From the IMG/VR virus record IMGVR_UViG_3300025141_000034, positions 32,001 to 96,000 of that record: a stretch of 64,000 bases of DNA. One strand, written 5' to 3'. The notes under the pieces are model-generated. The model was not told the DNA's origin. It made no database searches and saw nothing but the letters and a program-made list of their open reading frames with translations. Below, in pieces: positions 20,041-31,600 of this stretch (the first letter of the stretch is position 1; every line of letters begins with the position of its first letter). The stretch comes from a virus. A program made the position numbers and the translations under genes.

Positions 20041-23000
20041 TGATTATATGGCACAGGCATCAGGAGCTGAACCATCAGTGACATCAGGGGATCTTGTTCC
20101 CTCTGAGGTCTTGGATCAGGTTTTAAATATGCCAGCTGTCAACCTCGTCTCTCCAGCTAAGAGTAATATAGACAGCCTGGAAGAATCAACATCTGTCCCA
20201 TCTCAAAGTGACACGTCGACAATTGAGGGAAGCGTTGACTTTATAGATGCAACAGACCAGGCATTGACAAATTTGACAAATCCTGCTGCAGTTGCAGGTC
20301 TATCTACAAAGGCACCCGAGTTGATCGGATCCTTTGACTTCGTTCCGCTCTATCCGTCTGACTCAGATATTCCACACCAGAGCGTCTTTAACGCGATCCA
20401 CATGAATGTCATGCTAGATAGCCTGACAAGGGAGGCTGCTAAAAACTGTCTCAATAAGATTCTTCAAAATGATGGTAACGTGACAGATACACTGATCTCA
20501 TCTCTTCAGCCAAGTTCATTTAACACATACAGTGAGTTCCTAGATGCTTTTGGAAATATAGCAAGATACGCATTCTTTGTCCAGAAGCTATATGGTGTTA
20601 ATTTCGGGTGGGACGATCTATACTCAGCATTTGATGCCATGAGATCTGCACTTAAGTCTAGGTTTAGTATAGATGCCTCTCAATCAACGTGGGAAGAGAT
20701 GGCAGGAGCTGGTCATTCCGGAGCAAGCGCAGTTGCTGACACACAGGGCTACCTATGGGCTGTATCAGGAGGCTCTGGATCTGATGAGCTTAGCACTGGT
20801 CACATATCAAAGCAAGATCACATGTCTGATCTTGTCAATGTAAGTAATAAGAATGAGATATCCGACACAGCGTTTATCGGTCAGATCATTCAGGATCTAA
20901 GAAGAAGCGTTTTACTTATCTCACCTCAAATGAGAGATGGAGATAGGGACGGAGAAGATGTATCTACAGACGGTGCGTATTCTGTCAGAGATGACATGAA
21001 TGATACCGATTCTTTCGTCAACAAGATGATCATGGGACTGAATGCGCTTAATACATCAAGCGATATTGAAGCTACTGTTACATCTCAGGTTGAGCAGATT
21101 TTAATGCTCTCACAGGATGACTACTTGACATTTACGTCAAATCTACTCGGACCGGATGCTGGAACGTCTGGAGCTCAAGACCTAATCTCCATCTGCCACC
21201 TCATCACACGTGATGTGTATATGTCATTTATGAAGAGGACAACAGCTGTGCTGTATGATGCATACAAAGCTCTCGATGCCCAGTCGATTGGAACAAATCC
21301 CTCAGTTGAGCTTCTTGTCAATGAGACTATAGGTAATATCGGAGGAAGTCTTTCAACAAGCACACCCGCATCAGAGTCTATTGCCTCTCTTTTAAACCCA
21401 GTAAGTGATGCAACAGGTGGAGAGAGAACATTCACATTTGAAAGATTCTCAATAGACTCATCATTTGGTCTAAATGCTAGGGCAGGATTTGACGTATTTT
21501 CAGGAGACCTCTTTGACATGCTCAAGACACCACTTTTACTTAGATCCGCTGCAATTTTAGACTTTAGCTTCGGTGTATTTGCTGATGACTTTACCAGAAA
21601 AGCTCAGTCTATAGCACAAATGGTTCCAATTCTTATCGGAGGCGCAAAGGGTTCAAACTCCCTGTGGAAGGCTACAACGACATTGTTGGCAGACTATCTT
21701 TTAGGTCAAAACTTCACAGAGGTCGGTTCGGATCTTGCATTTCATGATATCTCTAGTGATGCCTGGGAAGATGCACTTGGAGGCTACGGAGACTGGTCGG
21801 GAGAACAGGACGAGTATGAGTTTATTAGACTTGGAATCTTCGGACACGCTATCGATAGCGAGGAGATCGGCTATCTATTAACAAGATATCTAGATCTCAG
21901 GCACCTGCTGAAGGTGATGGATGCTAGCTGGGAGTCTAAGATGTCTGGATCTGAGATCTTAGATGAAGGTTCAGTTGAAACTGAATTTGAGGAAAATTAT
22001 GAGCAATTTTATGTGATAGCAAAAGAGCTAGCAGAGAAGGTCACTGAGGTCTTAGGAGTAACAAGCTATGGTGATTTTACAGGTGCAATTGATGAGGCAT
22101 CGTATGATGTATCTTCTGCACAAAGTGTTTCATTCAAGCCTTCCGGGTTTATGACATCAGAGGAAAAAAAGTCATATGCTATTTCAGAGCTAGATGTCAT
22201 GGAGACTCCGATAGGAATAGCCCTCTTGACTAGTGTTAGTAGCTCTGAGAGCATATTTGATCTGCCCTATAGGGTTCTGGCATCATTCTATGACACGCTT
22301 TTAAATGAAGCCTTTGTTTCAGACGAGGGTGATCGAGTTTCATCAACTGATCTCACAGAAGATGATAACACAAGAGTTTCTGCTGCAAAAGCGCTAATGA
22401 GCGCGGGACTTGAGAAGCTGGAAATTACAACTGACTATCGAGGCTGGTCTGACACGCTGAGAAGGCGTGCTATAACTCACATGATAGCCACCCTTATTGA
22501 CAGATTCATAGATCCAAATCTATGGGTATATTCTAGCGCTGTAGTGACAGATGCCGCAGTGGGACCGATGCCAGGTGCCCGAGGCGGCGAGGATTTCACA
22601 ATACTTGGGCAGAATGTATCTGCTCAAATATTTACACAGATCTATCTTATCATTGATAGCATGAAAGTCACACAGTTTACTGCAATCGTGAGAGACATGA
22701 ATGATCTCGGCTACGGCGGAGGCGGATATGTGATATATGATGACGTCATTGACCTCCTTAAGTCACTAGATGATGGTGGAGCATTTGAGGAGACAGAGGG
22801 GTCTATCAAGTATGTTCACACACAGCTTCTCAATGAGTATGCCAAGACTGAGTCATACTGTGAGGCTCTCAAGATAGTCGGAGAGACACTGAAAAATGAG
22901 TATGATGCTGTTTCAGCTACAATCGTGGGTCAGGGTGTATCCAATCTAGTCTCGCTAGTTGAGCTAGCTGCAAGCAATGCTATCAGTAATTCAGATAATC

Positions 23001-24451
23001 CAGTTGCCTCAACACTGACCTCAGACGACGCATTTTCAGCAATATTAAGCACAGCAATGTTTCCTGAGACCCTCAGCGCAAAGACAGTTGCTAAAGAATG
23101 CTCTCGATACGTGTCTTCTGGAGGCTACTACGATAGTGAGATTAGCTCAGGAGAGCAGAATGCGGCTGTAGATCTGCTTATTCCCTCTTCTGAGGTCATT
23201 CCTGCAAATCGCCTATCACAGAGAATAATTCCATCTCTTAAGCTAATGACTGCCCAGGGAAGGGAGCAGACAACAGGTGAAAAAAGTGATCCCATATCAG
23301 TCAAGGGTGATCCTGACAATGACCGAAAGGAGATACTTGCTGTCGGTCTGCCTCCAGGACTCACAGAGAGATTGAGAGAGGAGGCTGCAGTTTTTAGCTC
23401 TGGCGGATATAGCCCAGAGGACTATGAGCAGAGCCCGTTAGTATGCATCAAGGTGTGGAAGAAGGATCTCGACCGAGGTGATGTCGTCTACAAGCCCCAG
23501 AACTACGTTTTTGATACACGTGTGTATCCATCTGTTTACGACGGATGGGATGGCGGAAACACTACAAGCAAGATCGTAGCTAAGGGAATCGGTGCATCAG
23601 CTAAGTTGAGTGAAACTGACTTTGGGGAGCCTGTGTACACAATCGACACTTCGACTGAAGACGTTTCTCTGGACTGGGAGACCCTTATGTCGACAAGAGG
23701 TATGAGTACAGTGGAATACTCAGACCCTTCACAGTTTGTTGATCTATATGATGATCTTCGATTTCGCCTTATTTTAAGATCACCTCTTCGGGGAACATCC
23801 TATGGATGGGTGCAAGAGTCAGGCAGCCTAAATGACATATTTGAAAGCTCCTCTGCAGATGAGATTAAAAAGAATCATCTTCAGGATTACCTTCTAAGTC
23901 AGTACCTTAGGGTTGTCGCAGGAGTGAACGTAGAGAATGTAGCATTTCAATTATTTAAGAAGGGGACGTCCACGATGGCAACAGGTGACGGCGCCGGGCT
24001 TGGAACAGGCGCAGATGATTTTTCATTTATAAGTGACATACTTAGCATGAATCCTTCTTTCTCGGATGACTTCAGGGACGGCGACTATATTAAAAATGTC
24101 AGATCAGACATCTTAAGCATGATAGACAAGGGCATCACAGACGATATTATTAGCAACTTTGGTGTTAGTAGCACGATATCTAAGAATGTTACCTCAAAGA
24201 TCAGTCAGTCCCTTCTATTCTCTCCTGAAAAGTATTTTAATAGACATGTTCTTCCCCGACTCTTTGAGAGGGTATTCTGTATTCTCATTGATCCAGACGG
24301 ATTTGACATAGACACAGATGAGACGACTGGAATTGACACTTCTGATGATAATGTTCTCGCGGCATATAAGTCCGAGATATTTAATTTTTACGTTACAGTT
24401 GAGATTTTACCGGTCCAATCAGGTGACGGATTTGAAACCTCTGCAGACTAA
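20030..24451 (+). CDS. very large acidic hypothetical protein
   Basis: 1473-aa ORF with SD AGGAGG, overlapping the upstream gene. No recognised motif. Confidence 0.75.
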   Translation: MAGSDYMAQASGAEPSVTSGDLVPSEVLDQVLNMPAVNLVSPAKSNIDSLEESTSVPSQSDTSTIEGSVDFIDATDQALTNLTNPAAVAGLSTKAPELIGSFDFVPLYPSDSDIPHQSVFNAIHMNVMLDSLTREAAKNCLNKILQNDGNVTDTLISSLQPSSFNTYSEFLDAFGNIARYAFFVQKLYGVNFGWDDLYSAFDAMRSALKSRFSIDASQSTWEEMAGAGHSGASAVADTQGYLWAVSGGSGSDELSTGHISKQDHMSDLVNVSNKNEISDTAFIGQIIQDLRRSVLLISPQMRDGDRDGEDVSTDGAYSVRDDMNDTDSFVNKMIMGLNALNTSSDIEATVTSQVEQILMLSQDDYLTFTSNLLGPDAGTSGAQDLISICHLITRDVYMSFMKRTTAVLYDAYKALDAQSIGTNPSVELLVNETIGNIGGSLSTSTPASESIASLLNPVSDATGGERTFTFERFSIDSSFGLNARAGFDVFSGDLFDMLKTPLLLRSAAILDFSFGVFADDFTRKAQSIAQMVPILIGGAKGSNSLWKATTTLLADYLLGQNFTEVGSDLAFHDISSDAWEDALGGYGDWSGEQDEYEFIRLGIFGHAIDSEEIGYLLTRYLDLRHLLKVMDASWESKMSGSEILDEGSVETEFEENYEQFYVIAKELAEKVTEVLGVTSYGDFTGAIDEASYDVSSAQSVSFKPSGFMTSEEKKSYAISELDVMETPIGIALLTSVSSSESIFDLPYRVLASFYDTLLNEAFVSDEGDRVSSTDLTEDDNTRVSAAKALMSAGLEKLEITTDYRGWSDTLRRRAITHMIATLIDRFIDPNLWVYSSAVVTDAAVGPMPGARGGEDFTILGQNVSAQIFTQIYLIIDSMKVTQFTAIVRDMNDLGYGGGGYVIYDDVIDLLKSLDDGGAFEETEGSIKYVHTQLLNEYAKTESYCEALKIVGETLKNEYDAVSATIVGQGVSNLVSLVELAASNAISNSDNPVASTLTSDDAFSAILSTAMFPETLSAKTVAKECSRYVSSGGYYDSEISSGEQNAAVDLLIPSSEVIPANRLSQRIIPSLKLMTAQGREQTTGEKSDPISVKGDPDNDRKEILAVGLPPGLTERLREEAAVFSSGGYSPEDYEQSPLVCIKVWKKDLDRGDVVYKPQNYVFDTRVYPSVYDGWDGGNTTSKIVAKGIGASAKLSETDFGEPVYTIDTSTEDVSLDWETLMSTRGMSTVEYSDPSQFVDLYDDLRFRLILRSPLRGTSYGWVQESGSLNDIFESSSADEIKKNHLQDYLLSQYLRVVAGVNVENVAFQLFKKGTSTMATGDGAGLGTGADDFSFISDILSMNPSFSDDFRDGDYIKNVRSDILSMIDKGITDDIISNFGVSSTISKNVTSKISQSLLFSPEKYFNRHVLPRLFERVFCILIDPDGFDIDTDETTGIDTSDDNVLAAYKSEIFNFYVTVEILPVQSGDGFETSAD

Positions 24452-24462
24452 TAGGATTTAAC

Positions 24463-26529
24463 ATGTCGTCTACGCTATCTGATCTAATAGAGAATTATGG
24501 TTATTCATCAATGCCCAGCAAGGGAGTAAATCAGTCTGACATACCAATTCCAGGTGATGTCGAGGCTGAGTTTCAGTACAACTACTTTGTCAAAGATGAG
24601 ACAACGACACGTGATGTATCTATCAGAGGTGACTCGATAACTGCATTCACAACCCTCTCAGATGACGCATCTGAGGCAGAGAGATTAGTTGCCCTTGCTC
24701 AATTTGACGTTCCTCGATTGGTCAATATTAGGTGGACACCTGCAGTTCTGGAGTCAATAATTACTGATGAGGGCTCTGAAACATCTTCTAGTATTGGTGT
24801 GACAATAGGCGATAATTTATCTAATGTGTTATACGAGGAGGTGATGACAAGCAACCAGTATAGCGGAATAGGCCTCCAGGACGCCGAGGGCCTAGGGATG
24901 TTGACAGATATGGCAAAGATATGTGTCAATGCATCTAGCCTTCCAATTGAATTTGTAACATCTGACTCTTCTAGCGAGGCAACAGAGTCAAATCTTGACG
25001 TTGTCAATCAGTGGTTCGATGCACTGAGCTCTGGCCTGGATTCTTCAATGCTTGGGTATGGAGGTGACACTCACGGCGGCAACAGGACATTAGATGGATC
25101 AACTAAGGAGCTTTTAAGAAATGCTCTTGCAAGCTATCAGTCCGAGGGAACATATAGTTTTGCAAATAGGACAGCAGAGAGAGAGGCTGCAATTAATGAC
25201 ACCCTTAGCAATAATCCTACAACATTTGATATCGGAATATCTATTAGTAATGTACTAGCAGATGTCCTTGGTGATAAGTGGTCTTCGGACGGCGGTAGCG
25301 CATATTTTGAGGAATTTAACTCTATCAAGGATGTTCTTAGTATGATAGCCACAGCTGCAATTACACAAGAAACAGCTGGTCAGATAAGCGATAATGATTA
25401 CGACATTAGCGGAACGCCAGTGACATACAGAGTCGTCCAGAGCATCGCAGATCAAACGTCTGATAGTCAGTATGTCGCTCAGGTCACCGGTTATATAATT
25501 GAGAAACAGGAGATAGATGAGAACGGAAATATCCTACAGATGGATCCACTTGTCTGTGAGGGAGGTGACATAGGATCTTTTGTTGATCCGAATATCATGT
25601 ATGGACGGGGATATCGCTACAGGGTCAGAACTGTTACTTATCTAGAGTTTAGCGCAATTAATACCTATCCCGGAAATGAGTCTAGAAACGAGACTGTTGT
25701 TGTGGGGATGTTTGTTGCATCAAAGGCTAGCAAGGCTGTATCTGTAATATGCATAGAGACGACCCCGCCAAAGCCTCCGGCTGACATAGAGTTTAACTAT
25801 GACGGCTTTAACGGATCGCTTGATATATCATGGTCATTTCCCTTAAACAGGCAGAGAGATATTAAGCAGTTTAGGGTATTTAGACGTGCCTCAATAGATG
25901 ATCCATTCGAGCTAATTAAGTGTTATTTCTTTAATGATGCTGACACAGTTCCAAAGACTCCAGAGATTTCTGATCCAGATAGCTTGCTAAGCTCAACATC
26001 AGCAAGGCTAAGCGGTGCATTAATTCAGGTTACAGACTCTGCAGTAGCTCTATGCAGAGATTCTGACTTTAATGAAGACTCTAGGTACATATATGCCCTT
26101 ACAAGCGTAGATGCGCGAGGAATGAGTTCAAACTATTCTTCTCAATATGAGCTCTCATACGATAAGTTTAAGTCAAGGATTGTCCTAGACTACGTGTCTC
26201 AATCAGGTGCCCCAATGCCCTATCCAAATCTCTATCTTAAGCGAGAAGTATTCATTGATGCGCTAAAAACATCAGGATACAACAATATGACAGTTTTATT
26301 TAGACCTGAGACGCTGGTCGTTACAGACTCTAGCGGAACAAGTCTTGATTATCTATCAAATAGTGATGATATGCCTAGCTATAAAATATCAATGATAAAT
26401 CTTGATAATCAAAAGTCTAAGATGATTGATATTTATGTTAGAGATATCAGGGGTGCATCATCTGAGATAGAAGAGGGAGTTGAGTATGAGACGACAACTA
26501 GAGTTGCCACGCTAATAGATTCTTCCTAA
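24463..26529 (+). CDS. hypothetical structural protein with FN3-like domains
   Basis: FVDPNIMYGRGYRYRVRT; PPKPPADI...ISWSFP...FRVFRR; YIYALTSVDARGMSSNYS. Confidence 0.7.
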   Translation: MSSTLSDLIENYGYSSMPSKGVNQSDIPIPGDVEAEFQYNYFVKDETTTRDVSIRGDSITAFTTLSDDASEAERLVALAQFDVPRLVNIRWTPAVLESIITDEGSETSSSIGVTIGDNLSNVLYEEVMTSNQYSGIGLQDAEGLGMLTDMAKICVNASSLPIEFVTSDSSSEATESNLDVVNQWFDALSSGLDSSMLGYGGDTHGGNRTLDGSTKELLRNALASYQSEGTYSFANRTAEREAAINDTLSNNPTTFDIGISISNVLADVLGDKWSSDGGSAYFEEFNSIKDVLSMIATAAITQETAGQISDNDYDISGTPVTYRVVQSIADQTSDSQYVAQVTGYIIEKQEIDENGNILQMDPLVCEGGDIGSFVDPNIMYGRGYRYRVRTVTYLEFSAINTYPGNESRNETVVVGMFVASKASKAVSVICIETTPPKPPADIEFNYDGFNGSLDISWSFPLNRQRDIKQFRVFRRASIDDPFELIKCYFFNDADTVPKTPEISDPDSLLSSTSARLSGALIQVTDSAVALCRDSDFNEDSRYIYALTSVDARGMSSNYSSQYELSYDKFKSRIVLDYVSQSGAPMPYPNLYLKREVFIDALKTSGYNNMTVLFRPETLVVTDSSGTSLDYLSNSDDMPSYKISMINLDNQKSKMIDIYVRDIRGASSEIEEGVEYETTTRVATLIDSS

Positions 26530-26561
26530 GAATTATTTTACCAGAATACAATGTGAATTGT

Positions 26562-26568
26562 ATATTTA
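26562..26568 (+). promoter_or_regulatory. putative late promoter ATATTTA
   Basis: ATANTTA motif upstream of AGGAG and the ATG at 26585. Confidence 0.55.
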
Positions 26569-26584
26569 CAACCAGGAGTAAAAA

Positions 26585-27292
26585 ATGGGCTTCTTAGACC
26601 ACAGTACTAATAATATTATTTTGGATGCTGTTTTAACAGACAAGGGAAGACAGCTTCTTTCAAGAAACGACGGATCCTTTCAAATTGTTAAATACGCGCT
26701 ATCTGACGACGAAGTGGATTATACAATTGTTAAGAAATTTGGACGAACAGTCGGAAAAGAGAAGATAGAGAAGAATACACCAATTCTCGAGGCACTTACA
26801 ACTACAAATGTTGCTCAAAAATATAGGCTGAGAAGCATATCAGTGCCGAATCTCACAAGGCTACCGTCGTTAACACTAGACGGAGTGACGTCTGATACGA
26901 TAACACTGAATGTTGTTAACACTAGAAGCTCATCAGTCACAGTAAAGCAGTCAATCGGCGGTGATCAGCTAGTTCCAACTGAGCTAGTTGACCAGGTCTT
27001 TAGAGTGACAATGAACAACCTATTCCTACAACTATCCGGTGTTAGGCCTGTCACAATTGATTCTGAGAATATTGCAACATATCTTGTTACGAGAGGGTCT
27101 TCACTAGACACTGTAACAGGTGGCGCATCTTTCGCAGGAACAGTTCAGGTTAAATCATCACTCACAACAACGATGTTCAATACATACGGTGTAGCTAGTG
27201 ATAAAACACTAATTAGAACATATGTCACCGTGACTGGTCAACAGTCAGGTGCAGTTAAGAGCTTTTTAATTAAGATCAATAAGACGTCATGA
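26585..27292 (+). CDS. virion/baseplate structural protein
   Basis: LDAVLTDKGRQLL...IVKYALSDDEVDY resembles the N-terminus of fibre-attachment/baseplate proteins. Strong SD. Confidence 0.7.
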   Translation: MGFLDHSTNNIILDAVLTDKGRQLLSRNDGSFQIVKYALSDDEVDYTIVKKFGRTVGKEKIEKNTPILEALTTTNVAQKYRLRSISVPNLTRLPSLTLDGVTSDTITLNVVNTRSSSVTVKQSIGGDQLVPTELVDQVFRVTMNNLFLQLSGVRPVTIDSENIATYLVTRGSSLDTVTGGASFAGTVQVKSSLTTTMFNTYGVASDKTLIRTYVTVTGQQSGAVKSFLIKINKTS

Positions 27293-27309
27293 TTGGTAAG
27301 AGATAAAAT

Positions 27310-28608
27310 ATGGCCACATTTAAAGAAATTTCCGCAGCTGACATTAAGACAAGCAGGTCAGTATTAAATCAGTTAGTTGATATTATTCAAGAGGATATCT
27401 CAGGATCAACAACAAGAAAGAAGTACCAGGTATTTGTAACCGGTGGTGTGGGCCCAGGTGTGACATCATCCCTATTTCAGACTGTATATGACCAGGACTA
27501 CACACTTCAGACTGCAAATCCAATTTTCGATATGACCTTTGGAATGTACTCAGGTAGCGCAGATGTAGCGTCAGCCTCTAGTGGTCAAGACAGCGCGGGT
27601 AAGATTCTATTTCCATCTAACTCACTAATGATGCGTGAGAAGATCAACGTATACAGACAGTTTTCACAGCTGCTTCTCGGTAATGCAACATATCAGTTTG
27701 CGTCGCCCTTTACGACAACACAGCCTCCAACTTCAAATGGAATTGATAACGCTTTATTCTTTACATTCAAGAGGCTATTTGCTCGCGATAAGATTAAGCG
27801 TGAGACCTTCGCTATGAAGTTCTACCAGTCAGCGTCAAGGGCTCCGGGTGATCCCACAGCATCTGGTCAGGGTCCACTGTTTGGAAATATGGGTCCAAAT
27901 ATTAATCTTGCAACAGTCTCTGGTTCAGCCATTTTTACAGATATTGGATCTGCTACAGCCAAGGAGACCTCTATAGGCGGTGAGGTTGGTAACATTGTAG
28001 ACTCGTCTAACACAAACAGAAATGTTGGACTTCTCTTCTACGATATGGGAATTGGAATCCTTGACGTCGACAAGGTGATCTCTGCATCACAAAAGGCATC
28101 AGGAGTCATAGATGCGATGACCAATGCAGCGTTTCAGGGAGCAGCGAAAGGTCAGACCATAATCGGCTACGGTCCTGCAGGTCCTGTTGGAGCACATCCG
28201 GGATTAGACGGAGGAAGGGGAAATAGACAGGCAAAGTTCGTTCCTGACTTCGTGGTTTCAGCGTCAATGGATAACATTCTTGATCACTTCGCCTCAGTTA
28301 GATTCCAGTCAGGATCTCTCACAGCTATCACGTTTCAGAATGTCACAAACATCAATTCAACTTTAATATTCTGCAGGGCGACGTCAGATGAGTTTAACTA
28401 CTCTTCCAATCCAACATTTACTGACTCTACGGGAAGAATTAATGTTATTGATGAGGGTGAGGAGAACACACAGAGAACATTTTCATTCGTTAGCACGATC
28501 GGCCTATATGACGGAAGAAATAATCTACTAGCAGTAGCAAAGCTAAGCAGGCCCGTTGAGAAGAATGACGAGAAGGACATGACATTCAGGATTAGGCTTG
28601 ACTTCTAG
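27310..28608 (+). CDS. virion/baseplate structural protein
   Basis: C-terminal FNYSSNPTF...TIGLYDGRNNLLAVAKLSRPVEK...RIRLDF motif, shared with 28631..31966. Confidence 0.7.
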   Translation: MATFKEISAADIKTSRSVLNQLVDIIQEDISGSTTRKKYQVFVTGGVGPGVTSSLFQTVYDQDYTLQTANPIFDMTFGMYSGSADVASASSGQDSAGKILFPSNSLMMREKINVYRQFSQLLLGNATYQFASPFTTTQPPTSNGIDNALFFTFKRLFARDKIKRETFAMKFYQSASRAPGDPTASGQGPLFGNMGPNINLATVSGSAIFTDIGSATAKETSIGGEVGNIVDSSNTNRNVGLLFYDMGIGILDVDKVISASQKASGVIDAMTNAAFQGAAKGQTIIGYGPAGPVGAHPGLDGGRGNRQAKFVPDFVVSASMDNILDHFASVRFQSGSLTAITFQNVTNINSTLIFCRATSDEFNYSSNPTFTDSTGRINVIDEGEENTQRTFSFVSTIGLYDGRNNLLAVAKLSRPVEKNDEKDMTFRIRLDF

Positions 28609-28630
28609 TCCTAACTGGAGGTTTTAGCCC

Positions 28631-31600
28631 ATGTCAATCATTAAAATAACTCCAGACCTAATTGAACAGGTTACGATGACAACACACCCAAAGAGGGTGT
28701 TTGTCTCATCCTCACAGGGCGGTGTTAATGACAAACCTGTGATGGACTCTGGCGTCTTAAGTCCGACAGGAACCATGGGTCAGGTCAGCCTAATGGCGAG
28801 AAATAACCGTGTGATCAAGGGAATTAGAGAGTTTAATCCTGATAGTGCGCTATTCAATGAAGACTTATCTAAGACGTTAATCTTTTTAGATTCAGCTGCT
28901 AAATGGCCTGCATTAGCAGAAACAATCGGATGGAATCCGTACGACCTCGGAAACTTCTTGGGAGTTGCAACATCAGGATCTCACATATCAACAGATGATG
29001 GAAACTGTGCAGGTGCTCTTGTTACAATTAATAGCATTCCTACAAACGGTCATACACTTATCTTGACAGATGCTGATGGAACTTCTGACACATATACGTT
29101 TAGCACTAGTGTTACACAGGAAGATAGCACAAAATCCAATGTCGGGATATCAGGTGTTGATACGACTTCAGGTGTTGCTACCTCATTAAGAATATCAATT
29201 AATCTCGCCAGCCTAGACGATGATATTCAAATCACAGCAGCTATTCCAGCATCTAATGAGCTAACTGTCTATATGTTGACAAAAGGCACAGCAGGAAATG
29301 GAAAGACGATAACAGGAACTGCGGTATCTGCTGAGTCTATCTCTGTAAGCTCATTTAGCGGAGGTACACCTAAGCTGGACTCTGAGGGCAGATACATGGG
29401 TGCTGTTAGACAGCTAAGCTTACCAGCAAAGAATTCAAAGGCCTTTAGCATCACAAGGTTCAGACCTCCATTTCTATTTCAGAGTGATGAGAATCAAGGT
29501 CAAGGAGGTGATAACTCATCTCCTGAAAGCTTTGACGCCAAGAGGCGGATTGTGAAGAACCAGGTGAGGAATATTCTTCTCCCTCACTACATGTCAAAAT
29601 TCACACATCCCAACTACGCATACACAAACTACCACACGTTAAACTTCTTTACATCATCGATTAACTGGCAGCTCACCAAGCCATACGCCACGTCCACAGA
29701 AATTACTAGCTCACCCTATAAGTGGATGAATGGAAGTGTGCTAGCCTATCCCTGTCTAACAGGATCACTGAATACAACATTTACTAGTAATGAGCAATAC
29801 GCGCTTAGGGCTAAACGATTTGACGGTCGGTACACACCTGAGAGTGCATTTACATTTGACTTCTACATAAATCCCAGGTATGGAAATGATGTTAGACCTA
29901 CAGCTGGAGGTCCCAAGAAAGGAGACTTTAGGCCGGGAACAATCTTCCACATGAGTGGTACATACGCAATAAGTCTTGTTTCAGGATCAAGCAAGGCTGC
30001 AGACGGCTCTGCGAATGGATTTAGGATACTTGTACAGCTATCACAGAGCGCTGAGTATCCTCCCTCAAAGTGGAAGATATTACCGGGTCATGATAGACCA
30101 ATTTTTGGAGCAAACAACTCAAACTATAAGCAAGATCCGTATGGGTATGCCTGGGTCTCACCTGATAACGTTCTTAGGCGAGACCACTGGCATCACGTCG
30201 CGATTCGGTGGGGAGGATCAAAGGTAAATAACGGCACAGGTAGCTTTGTTATTGACGGAAATATTGTCTCTGAGTTTGTAATTACAGGAACAGATAGCAT
30301 CAGGCCTTTTGTAAATCATTCATTTGGAGGTGTTAGGGCTAGGGCAGATAGATTCCTAGCAGGAAGGGCAGATCCGAATGCTCTGTTTATAGGAAACTTT
30401 TATGAGGGAACAAATGTAACTGGCTCTGGTGGAGCAAATACAACAATTGAGAGATTTTTTAATCAGGCCGCTCAAAAAGCAGAGGGATTTACACCAGCTG
30501 TCTCAGGAGTTCTCGGAAGAGGAGGTGACCCTAGCAGCTTTACGTTTAATCATCCTTTAAATGCTGAGGTCCATGATCTAAAGATATTTAACTCACACAG
30601 GACACTCCACCAGATAATGACAAGCTCAGTGGAAGGTCCCACTGATACATCTGATCTTATATTTTATGTTCCGCCATTTTTTATAAATGAAAATAGAAAA
30701 AGAAATTTTCTAGTTACTGCTGTCTCATCATCAAGAAGAGAGTACTTTACTGACACAGGCGGTGCTAAATATGACGATGAGTCAGCTGAGGAGCCCTTTA
30801 ATTATCCGACTGATGTCTTTACACAGCCATATACATCACTTCCGTTCAACGCCGGTCTGTCAATGACAGTTGACGCAACTGATATCAGTGTTGAGAATTT
30901 TACAAAGGATATTGCCAATAATGTATATCCCAGGCTTGTGTATCTTACATCGTCAGTTGACTCATCTCTGGTCACATCAGCTGCAGCAACAAGGGCATCA
31001 AAAGGTGCAGTACAAGACTATCTATTTTGGAATTTTAATACGGGATCTATTAGAAAGAGATCTTTAACAGTTCTTCCATGTGATAATGGAAAATTTAAGC
31101 CGAACTATTCTCTAATCTACACAGGATCAGATACAGATGGCGTAATGCTCACTGGATCTGAAGGATACCTTTATAGGGATGATCTCGGTGAATTTGACGC
31201 AAGTCTGATAAATCTAAGTGACATGTTTGTCACAAGACCACAGCCGCTAACACCAATGATGGGCTGGGATGGGCTTGGTTATAATAGAATATCACATACA
31301 CTATCTGTCTACACAGGCTCAGATCACGCTAGCCCGCCTGAAGCGTCACCCTATAGCCCAAATGCTAAAATTAAAGATGGAACAGCAGATGTTCACTTTA
31401 TAGCATATCAGGCATCACTTGATCAGTCTAGCAATGAGATTGTCTTATTTAACATACCAAATCTATTCTATGGAAATAGAATTGAACCTGGAAGCTTTAA
31501 ACTAGAAGATGAGAACATATCTGGCTCCAATGGAAAGATAAAGATCACACTTCGAGATGATGGTCTGGGAACACTGTATAGGGCAGACTGCGAGACTGCA

